Positions 43,019-53,894 of a stretch of DNA of 64,000 bases are shown here, in pieces. The stretch is from positions 704,001 to 768,000 of the forward strand of contig CAWCKY010000006.1 in NCBI GenBank assembly GCA_963796275.1, written 5' to 3'. The DNA is from an uncultured Acidobacteriota bacterium (lineage in GTDB: Bacteria; Acidobacteriota; Blastocatellia; RBC074). Both the position numbers and the translations under genes were made by a program. A model generated the notes under the pieces. That model saw only the letters and a list, made by a program, of their open reading frames with translations, ran no database searches and had not been told where the DNA came from. The number at the start of each line of letters is the position of its first letter. Position 1 is the stretch's first letter.

Positions 43019-43038
43019 TTTAAGAGGAGCAATCAATT

Positions 43039-45447
43039 TTGAATTTTGAGATATGGTTTCAAAATATTCACCCTGAAATACCCGTATTATCAGCCACATC
43101 CGTCCTGGGTTTAGTGGCCGAAGGCGGGACGGTCCCGTTCATTGCGCGGTATCGCAAGGAACAGACGGGTAACCTCGACGAAGTCGCAATCCAAAATGTT
43201 ATCGATGCCGACGAGCGATGGAATGAGATAATCAAGCGCCAATCGTTCATCCTGGAGGAGATCGAGCGGCAAGGAAAACTCACCCAAGAGTTGAAAGATA
43301 AGATACAGAGCACCTTCAATCTCGAGCAGCTCGAAGACCTATACCTACCATACAAGCAAAAACGCAAAACGAAGGCCACAATCGCGAAAGAAGCGGGGCT
43401 CGAACCGCTGGCCGTTTGGATCTGGGATTGCGGTCACGGCGCGCAGTCTGCCGAGCCAGGCCAGACACTCGAATCCTATGCCGGGCAATTCCTTAATGAA
43501 GAGAAGGGAATCAAATATCCATCCGCGGCGATTCAAGGCGCGCAGGACATCCTCACTGAGCGTTTGAGTGAAATCGCAGAATTGCGTGAGACGGTGCGCC
43601 GCCTGATCTTCGAGCGCGGAGCAGTGAAGACCGTAAAAGCCGAAAAGGCCAAACCGAACAGCAAGTTCGAACGCTACTTCGAATATCACGAAGCTATCCA
43701 GTCGCTACTCCAACCGCAGAACTCACATCGTTACCTGGCAATGCGGCGCGGCTGGATGGAAGAGGAATTGACGCTCACTCTGGGCGCCGCACCTGAAGAT
43801 GCCGAGTTTGACGAGATATTGCTCAGGGCTTTTGAGAATGCCGCCTGCACCGTCTCCGATTCGCCGGGCGCGGACGTATTGCTCAAGTCAGCGAAGCTTG
43901 CCTTAAAGGCCTATGTCGCGCCGAGCATCGAGACGGAAGCGCATCGCTCACTCAAAGACATAGCTGATGAGGCTGCGATCAAAGTCTTTGCAGAAAACGT
44001 CAGAAAATTGCTGCTCGCCGCGCCGTTCGGATCGAAAGCCGTGCTCGGCGTAGATCCGGGGATACGCACTGGATGCAAACTCGCCATCGTCGACGACTCA
44101 GGGAAGTATCTCGCGAGCAATGTGATCTTTCTGCAGAGCAAGCATGAACAGGAGCAGGCGAAGAGCCTTTTAACCAATATTATGGGCACCAATTCAATTC
44201 GCGCGATCGCGGTGGGCAACGGCACGGCTGGGCGCGAGACTGAGAGCTTCATCAGAGAATCTTTGAAGGAGTTGAACCAGCCGCCCCCGGTAGTGATGGT
44301 TAACGAATCGGGAGCGAGCATATACAGCGCGAGCGAGGTTGCGCGCGAGGAGTTTCCCGACCTCGATCTGACCGTACGCGGAGCCATCTCGATAGCGCGG
44401 CGATTGCAGGATCCGCTGGCCGAGCTCGTCAAAGTCGATCCAAAGAGCATTGGCGTCGGACAGTATCAACACGACGTCAACCAATCTGCGCTGAAGAAGA
44501 GCCTGGACCTGGTGGTCGATTCCTGCGTCAACTCGGTCGGCGTGAACCTCAATACTGCGTCGTATCATCTGCTGGCGCGGGTATCGGGAATTGGACCTGC
44601 GCTGGCGAAAAAGATCGTCGACCATCGCGCGGTGAACGGCCTGTTCCGTTCGCGCGATCAACTGCTCGAGATACCGCGGTTCAGCAAAAAGACGTTCGAG
44701 CAGGCCGCGGGCTTCTTGCGCATACAGGGCGGCGACCAACCTCTCGATAATACCGGGGTTCATCCGGAGCGCTATCCGATGCTGGAGAAATTGGCGAGCG
44801 AGAGCGGCAAGAGCGTCTCAGATTTGCTCGGCCAGGGCGTCGAATTTGTAAAGCAGGCGCAGTCATTGCGGGAAGAGTTAGGCGGATATACTTTTGAAGA
44901 CATAGTCAAAGAACTCGAGAAGCCGGGGCGCGACCCGCGCGAGGAGTTCGCGTCTTTCGCGTACCGTGAAGACATTCACGAGATATCCGATCTGATACCC
45001 GGGATGGTCTGTCCGGGCATTGTAACTAACGTGACGAATTTCGGGGCCTTCGTCGATATCGGCGTGCATCAGGACGGGCTGGTTCACATCTCACAATTGA
45101 GCAACCGGTTCGTCAAAGACCCACGAGAGGTCGTCAGCCCAGGCGACCGCGTCAAAGTGAAGATACTCGAAATAAACCTGGAGAAAAATCAGATCGCCCT
45201 CTCGATGAAGACTGATGAACAGAGGGCGAGGCGTGAAGAAAAAAATGCCGGCGCACAGGTAGATACTCAAGAGGCGCCTCGCGATCGGAGAGACCGGGAG
45301 AAGAAAGATCCTGGCCAAAGTCGGGGCAAACCGGGCAAACAGGGCAAACGTGATAATCAGGACCAGCAGAAGCGCGGCCCATCGAAAGGTGCTTTCAATA
45401 ACCCGTTCGCCTCACTTGCCGACTGGCGCGATAAAGACAGGTCCTGA
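43039..45447 (+). CDS. tex: Tex family RNA-binding transcription accessory protein
   Basis: TVPFIARYRKE, EDLYLPYK, DPGIRTGCK, GNGTAGRET, KSIGVGQYQHD, C-terminal S1. Confidence 0.96.
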   Translation: MNFEIWFQNIHPEIPVLSATSVLGLVAEGGTVPFIARYRKEQTGNLDEVAIQNVIDADERWNEIIKRQSFILEEIERQGKLTQELKDKIQSTFNLEQLEDLYLPYKQKRKTKATIAKEAGLEPLAVWIWDCGHGAQSAEPGQTLESYAGQFLNEEKGIKYPSAAIQGAQDILTERLSEIAELRETVRRLIFERGAVKTVKAEKAKPNSKFERYFEYHEAIQSLLQPQNSHRYLAMRRGWMEEELTLTLGAAPEDAEFDEILLRAFENAACTVSDSPGADVLLKSAKLALKAYVAPSIETEAHRSLKDIADEAAIKVFAENVRKLLLAAPFGSKAVLGVDPGIRTGCKLAIVDDSGKYLASNVIFLQSKHEQEQAKSLLTNIMGTNSIRAIAVGNGTAGRETESFIRESLKELNQPPPVVMVNESGASIYSASEVAREEFPDLDLTVRGAISIARRLQDPLAELVKVDPKSIGVGQYQHDVNQSALKKSLDLVVDSCVNSVGVNLNTASYHLLARVSGIGPALAKKIVDHRAVNGLFRSRDQLLEIPRFSKKTFEQAAGFLRIQGGDQPLDNTGVHPERYPMLEKLASESGKSVSDLLGQGVEFVKQAQSLREELGGYTFEDIVKELEKPGRDPREEFASFAYREDIHEISDLIPGMVCPGIVTNVTNFGAFVDIGVHQDGLVHISQLSNRFVKDPREVVSPGDRVKVKILEINLEKNQIALSMKTDEQRARREEKNAGAQVDTQEAPRDRRDREKKDPGQSRGKPGKQGKRDNQDQQKRGPSKGAFNNPFASLADWRDKDRS

Positions 45448-45462
45448 CCGAAAGTTTGTGAT

Positions 45463-45939
45463 ATGGGTGAAGTATTATCGCTCGAACGAATGATCTCTCA
45501 GAGAGAACGATTGCGCACGCAAGATCGCAAGGTGGTCTTTACCAATGGCTGCTTCGACCTGATCCATTTGGGCCACGTTCGTATGTTGACCGAAGCCAAG
45601 AGCCTTGGCGATGTCTTGATTGTCGCAATCAATAGCGACCGATCGGTACGCGAGCTGAAGGGCCCTAACCGGCCGATATTGAATGAGCATGAGCGCGCCG
45701 AGTTATTGGCCGCATTGGCCTGCGTGGATTACGTCATTATTTTCGATGACCTGTTGCCGCGGGAAACTATCATGGCAATCCAGCCGGATGTCCTGGTCAA
45801 GGGCGGAGATTATACTCCAGACACGATCGTGGGACGTGATGAGGTCGAAGCCATAGGTGGCGTTGTCAAAAGCCTTTCATACGTCGGGGGATTCTCCACG
45901 ACCGATTTGATTGAACGAATTAAAAAAGTTCATCGTTGA
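45463..45939 (+). CDS. rfaE2: D-glycero-beta-D-manno-heptose 1-phosphate adenylyltransferase
   Basis: [35 protein letters not shown]. Confidence 0.93.
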   Translation: MGEVLSLERMISQRERLRTQDRKVVFTNGCFDLIHLGHVRMLTEAKSLGDVLIVAINSDRSVRELKGPNRPILNEHERAELLAALACVDYVIIFDDLLPRETIMAIQPDVLVKGGDYTPDTIVGRDEVEAIGGVVKSLSYVGGFSTTDLIERIKKVHR

Positions 45940-45953
45940 ATTTTGATAGTTGA

Positions 45954-47180
45954 TCAACTATCAACTATTTTTCTTACCCCGCTCAACAACCGCTCGATCT
46001 CCTCGTCCGTCGTATAACAGACGCAGCCGGCGCGGACCAGGCCCTGTTCGGTTTTGCCCAATCTTTCAGCCACCGATTGCGCGTAAAAATCACCGTGGGA
46101 CGCGAAGATGCCGCGTTCAGCGAGACTGCGCGCCACATCGATCGATGGGATGTCTCCGACGATGAACGAAACAGTCGGCGTGCGCGGTGAATCCGGATCG
46201 GGTCCGAAGACGGTTACTCCATCGATCGATTGCAGCCCATCCCATAATTTCCTGAACAATTGATCGCCGCGCACGTGCAATCCCGCGAAGGCGTTGCGCA
46301 ATTTATCGCGGAGCGTTGCTCCCTCAGCCAGCGAAGCGAGGAATTTTACCGCTGCCGCCGCGCCGACTATGCCCTCGTGAACTTGCGTGCCGGTCTCCAG
46401 ATGTTCCGGCGGTTCGTTGGGCGCCGGCTGCAGTTTCGGAACGTCGAGCGATTGCAACAGGTCGTGGCGGCCGTAGAGAATGCCGATGTGCGGACCGTAG
46501 AATTTGTAAGCTGAACAGGCGAGCAGATCGCATTCGAACGCGCCCACATCGATGAGTGCGTGCGGCGCATAATGCACGGCGTCAACGAAGACGAGAGCGC
46601 CGGCATCATGAGCCAGACGGGCGGCCCGTTGAACTTCGTTGATCGTTCCGAGCACGTTCGATGCCGCGCCGATGGCCAGAACCTTGGTTTTGCGGTTGAT
46701 CGCCGATTCGAGGTCATCCCAGTTGAGCTGGCCGGTCTCCGTCAGCATTCTTACAGTTCGAACGGTTAACCCTCGATCCTTCGCGAGCTCGCGCCAGGTG
46801 TCAACGTTGGCGTGGTGATCGAGTTCGGTGACGACGATCTCGTCGCCCGGATGGAATCTCCGGCCCAATGTCCGTGAGAGATGAAAAGTGATCGTCGTCA
46901 TATTCGCGCCAAATGAGATTTCGTTCGACGCACAGTTGAAAAAATCGGCGAACGTCCTGCGCGCATCATCCAGTAGCCAATCAGTCTCGGCGCTGGTTGG
47001 ATATGCCCAGTGTGTATTCGCGTTGTGGTTGATCAGATAATCGCTGACCGATTCCACGACCGCCCGCGGGACTTGTGTGCCGCCCGGACCATCAAAGTAG
47101 GCAACGGGAAAACCCTCATGTTTGCGCGCGAGGGCAGGAAAGTGCGATCGGATTTCAGATGTTGAAATGATTGAGGTCAT
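45954..47180 (-). CDS. Cysteine desulfurase-like class V PLP enzyme
   Basis: DGPGGTQVP, DHHANV, DAVH, SAYKFYGPH; SHGDFYA where canonical enzymes have the catalytic Cys. Confidence 0.9.
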   Translation of the reverse strand: MTSIISTSEIRSHFPALARKHEGFPVAYFDGPGGTQVPRAVVESVSDYLINHNANTHWAYPTSAETDWLLDDARRTFADFFNCASNEISFGANMTTITFHLSRTLGRRFHPGDEIVVTELDHHANVDTWRELAKDRGLTVRTVRMLTETGQLNWDDLESAINRKTKVLAIGAASNVLGTINEVQRAARLAHDAGALVFVDAVHYAPHALIDVGAFECDLLACSAYKFYGPHIGILYGRHDLLQSLDVPKLQPAPNEPPEHLETGTQVHEGIVGAAAAVKFLASLAEGATLRDKLRNAFAGLHVRGDQLFRKLWDGLQSIDGVTVFGPDPDSPRTPTVSFIVGDIPSIDVARSLAERGIFASHGDFYAQSVAERLGKTEQGLVRAGCVCYTTDEEIERLLSGVRKIVDS

Positions 47181-47266
47181 GATAATTGATAATTGAGAAA
47201 GTTGATTAGCGAACAACTGCTATTTTAATCAGCGCAATTATCAATTATCAATTATCAATTATCAAT
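47181..47266. repeat. Inverted heptamer module (GATAATT)n/(CAATTAT)n overlapping larA stop
   Basis: gataattgataattg ... caattatcaattatcaattatcaattatcaatt. Confidence 0.85.
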
Positions 47267-48526
47267 TACCCAGATAAGGTATAGTCATTGGCCCTTCGGG
47301 CAAGACGGCGATCGGTGAATCCTTATCAATTCTATTCAACTCGCCGGATAAGAAAGACGCAATATCGCCGATCGGTTCAAGATGCGCGCGGTGGATCTGT
47401 TCGGGCGGAATATCGCTGAACAGTCCGACGCGGGCTTTCAATCGAATCATAGCCAGAAGTTGCGCTTCCCACTGGTCATACATTGAAAATCCCGGCGCGA
47501 GAATCGTATCGAGAATCGCCTGTGGTGAGTCGTGATCGAAGAGAAGCTTCCGGAAATTTCCGTGATCTGGAAACCCATCATTGCACTTCGAAGCCGCAAC
47601 GATCAAACCGCCGTGTTCGATTATCTGCGCGGCAGCTGACATTCCCTTGACTGCCTGATAAAGATTTTGATCGAGCGGGTAACCGCTGTTCGTCGTGATG
47701 ACGATCGGGAAAGACTCGGGGCAGGGAATCATTACTGTCGATTTGGAGAACTCGCATCCCTGCTTGTGCGCGGACATCACCTCGCCGCAGAAATAGCCGG
47801 TGATCTGGCGCTGCCGGTTGAGAGTGACGTTGATGCAGAAGTCCAATGGGAGCAAGGAACCATTCGCGCGAATCTGCTCCTGTGTGGGATTCTCTTCGAG
47901 CACACCCCAGGTGCTCCGCGGATGGCCGATTACCTCGGCGCGGTGGTAATGCATTATCGCATCGATATCGGCGATAGCCGGGAAGATGCCTTTATAGCCG
48001 CCCGAAAATCCGGCCATGAAATGCGGTTCGATGAAACCGAGCGCGATGCGCTTGCTGGCTTCGACGTATTCTTTATTCATGAAAACGTCATGGCCGTCAG
48101 CTGTCTTTCCCGCGAATTTGAGCGTCGCCGGGTCGTGCGAGTCGTGATTGACGACGCGGAAGCGCGAAAAAATCTCCTGGCCCACCATCGCCGCCAGCTC
48201 ATCCGCCGTATTGACGCGATGTGAGCCGGTGCCGTTGATGATGACGAAGTTTTCGGCGGGCACGTGCGGCAACTCGGCGAACAACCAGGGCAACAATCGG
48301 TCGGACGGCAGCGGGCGCGTGATATCGGGGATAACTATGGCGACTCGATCGGTCGCGCCGATTAATTCGCGCAGCGGTTTGGAATCGATGGGAGCGCGCA
48401 CGGCGCGGCGGAAGGTCTCCGCTTCATCGGGGATCCCGGAATGAAACGCGGCGCGAGGATGGTCACGTTGTTTGACGGGATATCGATTGCTAGTCCGTCT
48501 TTACCGTATTGTAGATGGGTGTGCAT
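47262..48526 (-). CDS. larA: Nickel-pincer lactate racemase family protein, frameshifted near 48434
   Basis: ATG 48526 gives MHTHLQYGKDGL...FIPG, then one base is missing before PDEAETFRRAVRAP; DITRP, GTGSHR, PHFMAGFSGGYK, DQNLYQAVKG. Confidence 0.9.
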
Positions 48527-48553
48527 GGTTTTTTAGAAATTCTTATTCTCTCT

Positions 48554-49849
48554 TCACGAAGCCTCAGTATTTTGATCCAGCGAGCCGTATCGGCGCAATT
48601 GCGGTGAGAGCCGGGCCACTAATGCGACGACGATCAAAGTCCCGAATCCGCCGCTAACTACCGAAAAGACCGTGCCAAAGAAGTATGCAATCGTCCCCGA
48701 TTCAAACCGCCCCAACTCGTTGGAGGCGCTGATGAACATTCCGTTGACCGCTGAAACACGACCGCGCATCTCATCGGGAGTCAAGATAGTCACGAGCGTT
48801 TGGCGCACGACGACGCTGATGTTATCGAATGCGCCGGTCATGAACAACATGACTAGCGATAGCCAGAAGTTGCGCGATAGCCCGAAGATGATCGTCGCAA
48901 CGCCGAATCCTGCGACCGCAAATAACAGCGATCTGCCTGCTTTTTTGAGCGGTGGCAGATGCGTAGTTATGATGGCCGTCGTGACCGCTCCCAGCGAAGG
49001 TGCGGCCTGCAACCAGCCCAATCCTGTCGGTCCCACCTGTAGTATGTCTCTGGCATACACCGGCAAGAGGGCCACGGCGCCGCCGAAAAGAACGGCAAAC
49101 ATATCGAGCATCATCGCTGCCAGCAGGATACTCGTTTGACGGACGTACCCGAATCCAGCGAGGAGCGATTGCAGGTTTCTGCTGCCGGGTTTCGCTGTAG
49201 CGGAGGGCTCCGCGACATAAGGCCGCTTCGTCATGCGGGCGAGCATCGCTAGATAGAAGAGTCCCGCCAATCCGGCGCTGATATATACCAGAGTTGTTCC
49301 TTTCATCAATGCGATCAATGCGCCGCCGAGCGCGGGACCGATCATTGCGCTGAGCTCAAAACCGCTGACCGACCATCTGACTGCGTTGCCGAATATCGGA
49401 GGAGGCACGAGTTGCGGCATGAGCGATGATCTGGCGGGACCCTGAAAAGAGCGTGCCACACCGTTCAGAAACAGAAAGGTATAGATGAGCAGGACGTTGC
49501 CGCCCCGGAACGAGAGCGAAGCGAGACCGAAAGAGCTGATGGCTGCCAGGGTTGTTGCCGCCATGAGAACTTTACGGCGGTCGAAGCGATCGGCTATCTG
49601 GCCGGCAAAAAGCGCCAGTCCGATTATCGGGATCACCTGGACGAGCCCGACCATTCCCAGAGCCATCGCTGAAGATGTCTTTTCGTAAAGCTGCCAACCG
49701 ACGCCGACCGTCTGCATCTGCACGCCCAGCACAGAGACCAGATGACCCGCGAGGAGCCGCCGAAAATCTCGCACGCGTAATGCGGCATATGCGTCGTGTT
49801 TTGTGATGGATCGTTCAGTGGGTTCGCTGGCGGAATTGACAGAAGACAT
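48554..49849 (-). CDS. MFS transporter (DHA3/EntS-like)
   Basis: GQIADRFDRR, LDMFAVLFGG, MRGRVSAVN; multiple TM helices; start could be 49903. Confidence 0.92.
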   Translation of the reverse strand: MSSVNSASEPTERSITKHDAYAALRVRDFRRLLAGHLVSVLGVQMQTVGVGWQLYEKTSSAMALGMVGLVQVIPIIGLALFAGQIADRFDRRKVLMAATTLAAISSFGLASLSFRGGNVLLIYTFLFLNGVARSFQGPARSSLMPQLVPPPIFGNAVRWSVSGFELSAMIGPALGGALIALMKGTTLVYISAGLAGLFYLAMLARMTKRPYVAEPSATAKPGSRNLQSLLAGFGYVRQTSILLAAMMLDMFAVLFGGAVALLPVYARDILQVGPTGLGWLQAAPSLGAVTTAIITTHLPPLKKAGRSLLFAVAGFGVATIIFGLSRNFWLSLVMLFMTGAFDNISVVVRQTLVTILTPDEMRGRVSAVNGMFISASNELGRFESGTIAYFFGTVFSVVSGGFGTLIVVALVARLSPQLRRYGSLDQNTEAS

Positions 49850-49874
49850 TGCGATAGTTTGGTGAAATGCGAAA

Positions 49875-49896
49875 GGGCGACCGATCGCGGTCGCCC
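49875..49896 (-). terminator. GC hairpin downstream of tRNA-Leu
   Basis: gggcgaccg-atcg-cggtcgccc with short T run on minus strand. Confidence 0.55.
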
Positions 49897-49911
49897 CATT
49901 CATTTATTCGA

Positions 49912-49995
49912 TGCGGATGAGAGGACTCGAACCTCCACAGAATTGCTTCTATAGCGTCCTGAGCGCTACGCGTCTACCAGTTCCGCCACATCCGC
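49912..49995 (-). tRNA. tRNA-Leu(CAG), CCA not encoded
   Basis: GCGGATG/CATCCGC acceptor, TAGCG-CTCAGGA-CGCTA anticodon arm, long variable arm, GGTTCGAGTCC. Confidence 0.96.
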
Positions 49996-50008
49996 GTTGA
50001 CGAAAAGC

Positions 50009-50037
50009 ATACTACAGAGTGGATGAGAGGGTGTCAA
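50009..50037 (-). promoter_or_regulatory. Sigma-70 promoter of tRNA-Leu
   Basis: TTGACA-17 nt-TAGTAT just upstream of the tRNA. Confidence 0.75.
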
Positions 50038-50120
50038 GTTTATGTCCCGGAAGCGCGGGTCTGCTTGAGTCATCGGGCACTTCTCGAAGACCTGGAGGCC
50101 ACTCCGGACGGCCGCTGGTG

Positions 50121-50206
50121 AATAGTTTTCAGGTTTCAGTTCTTAGTTTTCAGTTTCAGTTTGATGATCTCGATCAGCAACTGAAAACTAAAAACTGAAA
50201 ACTATT
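50121..50206. repeat. Inverted heptamer module (CAGTTTT)n/(AAAACTG)n
   Basis: aatagttttcaggtttcagttcttagttttcag ... aactgaaaactaaaaactgaaaactatt; spacer resembles that near 13440. Confidence 0.88.
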
Positions 50207-50267
50207 TTTGAGGGCATATGCGAACCACGTGCCTCGAAAAATGCCGGTTTGCCATAATACCGATGGG

Positions 50268-50846
50268 TCAAGTTCCCCGGACTTGTAACCCCAACTCCTC
50301 TTGAATCTCACGAAGCGAGGCGATCACAAAAGCGCAATGTTCGTCGAAGCTCACGCCCAGTTCTTCGGCGCCGCTCCAGAGGTCGTTGCGGTTGACGGTG
50401 CGAGCGAACGCTTTGTCCTTTATTCGTTTTTTGACGGACGAGACTTCTAGCGTATCGAAGCTCTTATCGGGCCTGACCAGCGCGCACGCGACCAGGAATC
50501 CGCAGAGTTCATCGGTGGCGAAGATGGCATGCTCCATCAGGCTCTCGCGGTTGACCCCCGTGTAATCGGCATGCGAGAGGATCGCCCTGATTACATCACC
50601 CGGATAATTACGTTCGCGTAATACTTCAGAGCCCAGTTGCGGATGGCGCTCATCCGGATAACGCTCGTAGTCGAAGTCGTGCAGCATACCGACCAGCCCC
50701 CATCTCTCTTCGTCCTCGCCATATTTGCGAGCGTAGGCGCGCATCGCATATTCGACGGCGCGCGCATGTTTACGCAGGCTCTCGCCGGCCGTCCATTCGC
50801 ACAACAGTGCCCAGGCCTCTTCACGTGTTGGTATTCTCTCGGACAT
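50268..50846 (-). CDS. HD-domain (HDIG-like) metal-dependent phosphohydrolase
   Basis: SLRKH, LHDFDYE, AILSH, DELCG, KDKAFAR. Confidence 0.92.
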   Translation of the reverse strand: MSERIPTREEAWALLCEWTAGESLRKHARAVEYAMRAYARKYGEDEERWGLVGMLHDFDYERYPDERHPQLGSEVLRERNYPGDVIRAILSHADYTGVNRESLMEHAIFATDELCGFLVACALVRPDKSFDTLEVSSVKKRIKDKAFARTVNRNDLWSGAEELGVSFDEHCAFVIASLREIQEELGLQVRGT

Positions 50847-50856
50847 GGATATAATT

Positions 50857-50932
50857 CACCACAAATAACGCGAAAAGACAAAAGACACAAAGTAAAGAAG
50901 TTTTTGTGTCCTTTGTCTTTCTTCGTCTGTGA
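50857..50932. repeat. Purine/pyrimidine inverted module
   Basis: aaaagacaaaagacacaaag / tttgtgtcctttgtctttc. Confidence 0.7.
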
Positions 50933-50945
50933 TTTGATTGTCTAG

Positions 50946-51359
50946 TTACTTTTTCGCGGCTCTGCGTGCTTTGAGCTCATCCCTCGTAATTTCACCGTCA
51001 TTGTTGGCGTCTATTTTGACGAATTGTTTCGGTTTCCCTTTCCACTCCTCGCGCGAAATTTTCCCATCATTATTCGCGTCCATCTCTTTCATTCTATTCT
51101 GTCGCGCGGCCAGCTCATCGCCTGTGAGACTGCTGTCACCGTTCGCGTCGAGCTTGTCGAAAGCCTGAGGCTTGCCTTTCCACTCTTCTCGTGAAATTTG
51201 ACCGTCGTTGTTTGTGTCCATTCGCTTCATTGCGCCGCCCTTGCCATTCTGCCCTCTTCCGCCCTTCCTGCTTGTACTCGTATTTGTATCCTGAGCAAAT
51301 GATAGACCTGTTACAATTAGTGTGAATAAACAAACGGCAAAAAACGATAATCGTGTCAT
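50946..51359 (-). CDS. Secreted EF-hand repeat protein
   Basis: Signal peptide; four D.N.DG.I...E-like loops. Confidence 0.9.
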   Translation of the reverse strand: MTRLSFFAVCLFTLIVTGLSFAQDTNTSTSRKGGRGQNGKGGAMKRMDTNNDGQISREEWKGKPQAFDKLDANGDSSLTGDELAARQNRMKEMDANNDGKISREEWKGKPKQFVKIDANNDGEITRDELKARRAAKK

Positions 51360-51466
51360 TTAAATTTTCCCCTTCTTGAGTAAAAGTTTTAATATTGTGA
51401 CGGAGCGATCTTCTACTTGGCACAAATAAGAGGAGAGGGTCCGGCAGAAAGTCGGAAAAAATATCG

Positions 51467-52399
51467 GTGGTAATAAATATAAATGGAAAATCATCCGGCT
51501 TCGCTATAGAAGCACAGGACTTATTGAAAAAGTATGAAGATCTGGCCGCCGTTAATGGAGTCAGTTTCAGCGTTCGAAACGGCGAAGCATTCGGCTTGCT
51601 GGGGCCGAATGGGGCTGGGAAATCGACCATTATGCGGATGATCTATTGCCGTACGCCACTCACATCGGGCACGCTGCGGGTGGTGGGGTTCGACGTGGCG
51701 CAAGGGCCGCGTTCGATAAAAGAGAGGGTGGGAGTCGTACCGCAGGAGAACAATCTCGACCCCGATCTCAGCGTACGCGATAACCTGCTCGTTTATGCGA
51801 GGTTTTTCCGCATCCCCAGAAAGATTGCCGAACAACGCGCCGATGAGTTGATGGAGTTCATCGAGCTCAATGACAAACGCGACGCCCGGATCGAATCGTT
51901 ATCCGGGGGTATGAAAAGGCGACTGATGATCGGGCGCGCGTTGATAAACGATCCCTCCCTTCTGATCCTCGACGAACCTACGACCGGTCTCGATCCGCAC
52001 GTGCGGCTCGCCATCTGGGATAAACTGCGCGAGCTTCGCGATCAGGGGCTGACTGTCCTGCTTTCGACGCATTATATGGACGAGGCGGAAAAGCTTTGTG
52101 ATCGTCTGTTGATTATCGATCAGGGGCAAATCCTCGTCAGCGGCACGCCGCGGGAATTGATCGAACGTCACGCTCTACATTTCGCGCTCGAGGCTCGTGG
52201 TTGTAACGGCAGAGTGTTAAAATCTTCTCTCCCACAGATCATCGCCGAACGGCGCGGATCGACCCATTTTTATTTCGCCTCCTCGCCAGAACAGCTCGCG
52301 TCCCTCATGCGCGATTATGAGGATTGTGAGGCGTTTCTGCGCCCATCGAACCTCGAGGATGTTTTCTTACGATTAACTGATCGTGACCATTTGACCTGA
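51467..52399 (+). CDS. ABC exporter ATP-binding protein (NodI/DrrA-like)
   Basis: GPNGAGKS, VPQENNLD, LSGGMKRRL, DEPTTGLD, HYMDEAEKLCD. Confidence 0.93.
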   Translation: MVININGKSSGFAIEAQDLLKKYEDLAAVNGVSFSVRNGEAFGLLGPNGAGKSTIMRMIYCRTPLTSGTLRVVGFDVAQGPRSIKERVGVVPQENNLDPDLSVRDNLLVYARFFRIPRKIAEQRADELMEFIELNDKRDARIESLSGGMKRRLMIGRALINDPSLLILDEPTTGLDPHVRLAIWDKLRELRDQGLTVLLSTHYMDEAEKLCDRLLIIDQGQILVSGTPRELIERHALHFALEARGCNGRVLKSSLPQIIAERRGSTHFYFASSPEQLASLMRDYEDCEAFLRPSNLEDVFLRLTDRDHLT

Positions 52400-52405
52400 A
52401 TAATT

Positions 52406-53794
52406 ATGATAAACGAAATTGAACACAATGAGTTGCAGGACTTTGAATATGAGATGAGACGCGATTGGGACGATCGCGCGCGGAGGAATGCCAAGTGGTT
52501 TATCAATACGTTCAAGCTTGAACAATCGGAGGCGGAATTCGATGAGACCGGGCGGCGCGATGTCGCAAGGGCGGTCCTGGACAAGCTCGACCAGATGGCG
52601 CCGAAACGCGATCCGAAGGAGTTGCGCTTCCTCGAGATCGGATGCGGCATCGGGCGGATGACCAAGTTTCTCGCCCATGCTTTCGGCGAGGTCTACGCCA
52701 CCGATGTCTCGCCCGAGATGATCGAACGGGCGCGGCAGCGTCTGACGGGGCTGCCGAATGTTCGCCTCTACGCCACAAACGGCGTCGATCTGACTGACCT
52801 TCCCGATGACTATTTCGATATAGTTTTTTCGGTCCGCGTCTTTCAACACGTTCCGAGTGCAGCGGTCATCCGCGCCAACCTCGACCACGCCTATCGCAAA
52901 CTCAAGCCGGGCGGGGTGCTGCGTTTTCAGACGAACAGCATCACGACATTCGACTTCGGAGAAATTGAAAAAGATACCTGGACGGGCGCGTCGTTCCCGG
53001 AATACGAGTTGCGTCGATTCGCCGCCGAAAACGCCGCTCATCTCATCAGCATCCTCGATGCCGGTAGCCAATATTGCTGGACGATGGTGCGGAAACCGTC
53101 CGGCCATTCCGGCAGCTACTCGCTCGCGCCACCCAAGATCGTCTGGTACGGGCGCGCCGATGATCCGCGGATCAAAAAGATCCCGACCATCGGCGATCGC
53201 GCGCACTTGACATTGATCGTCTCGGGGTTGGCCTGCGATGAGATCGACATCAATCATTTGAGCGTCGAGATCGGGGGCGAAGAGGTATTACCACAGTATG
53301 TCGGCCCTCTCCGAAAAAATTACCGCGATGCGCTTGCTTCCCAGTTTGGCGCGGCGGTCGATGAACTGACGCAGGTCAACCAGCACATCCCGACAGGCCA
53401 GATGAGCGGCACCGCCGGTGTTCAATTGCGTGTGATCAGCGGATCTGTCTCCGACCCAATCGACATCGAGTTTCACGATCCGGAACCGGTCCCACCCAGG
53501 ATCACCTCGATCTGCAATGCGTGCGATGATGGCGTCGATGTTTGCACACACGGGCCCAAGTCGGCGGTCAAAATTTTCGTTGAAGGATTGGATTTGACGG
53601 CCGACCGCGGCAATGTGCGGGTCACGTTCGGCGATCGAGTGGTGCGGCCGAGCTATGTCGGCCCCGTGCCAGCCCAACGTTTTTACCTTGTCGACGCGCA
53701 GCTTCCTTCCGATATCAAGCCTGGCCGTTTGGAGGTAAAGGTCTATTTCGGCAATCTCGCCTCAGTGGGCGTCCCGCTGGAAATTAGGCAGTAG
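52406..53794 (+). CDS. Class I SAM methyltransferase with two C-terminal Ig/IPT-like repeats
   Basis: LEIGCGIGR, DVSPEM, VFQH, LKPGG; repeated V.P.YVGP...V...P motif. Confidence 0.85.
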   Translation: MINEIEHNELQDFEYEMRRDWDDRARRNAKWFINTFKLEQSEAEFDETGRRDVARAVLDKLDQMAPKRDPKELRFLEIGCGIGRMTKFLAHAFGEVYATDVSPEMIERARQRLTGLPNVRLYATNGVDLTDLPDDYFDIVFSVRVFQHVPSAAVIRANLDHAYRKLKPGGVLRFQTNSITTFDFGEIEKDTWTGASFPEYELRRFAAENAAHLISILDAGSQYCWTMVRKPSGHSGSYSLAPPKIVWYGRADDPRIKKIPTIGDRAHLTLIVSGLACDEIDINHLSVEIGGEEVLPQYVGPLRKNYRDALASQFGAAVDELTQVNQHIPTGQMSGTAGVQLRVISGSVSDPIDIEFHDPEPVPPRITSICNACDDGVDVCTHGPKSAVKIFVEGLDLTADRGNVRVTFGDRVVRPSYVGPVPAQRFYLVDAQLPSDIKPGRLEVKVYFGNLASVGVPLEIRQ

Positions 53795-53802
53795 GCGGTA
53801 AG

Positions 53803-53890
53803 AAGTTTTCAGTTTTCAGATTACAGATTCCAGATCACCCTCCACTAAAAACTAAAAATTAAAAACTGAAAACTGAAAACTGAAAACTAA
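53803..53890. repeat. Inverted heptamer module
   Basis: gttttcagttttcagattacagattccag ... actaaaaactaaaaattaaaaactgaaaactgaaaactgaaaact. Confidence 0.88.
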
Positions 53891-53894
53891 TCTG

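Noticed and set aside
49912-50270. Integrative element at tRNA-Leu or tRNA-Cys
   Set aside because: No integrase and no duplicated tRNA 3' end seen in the window
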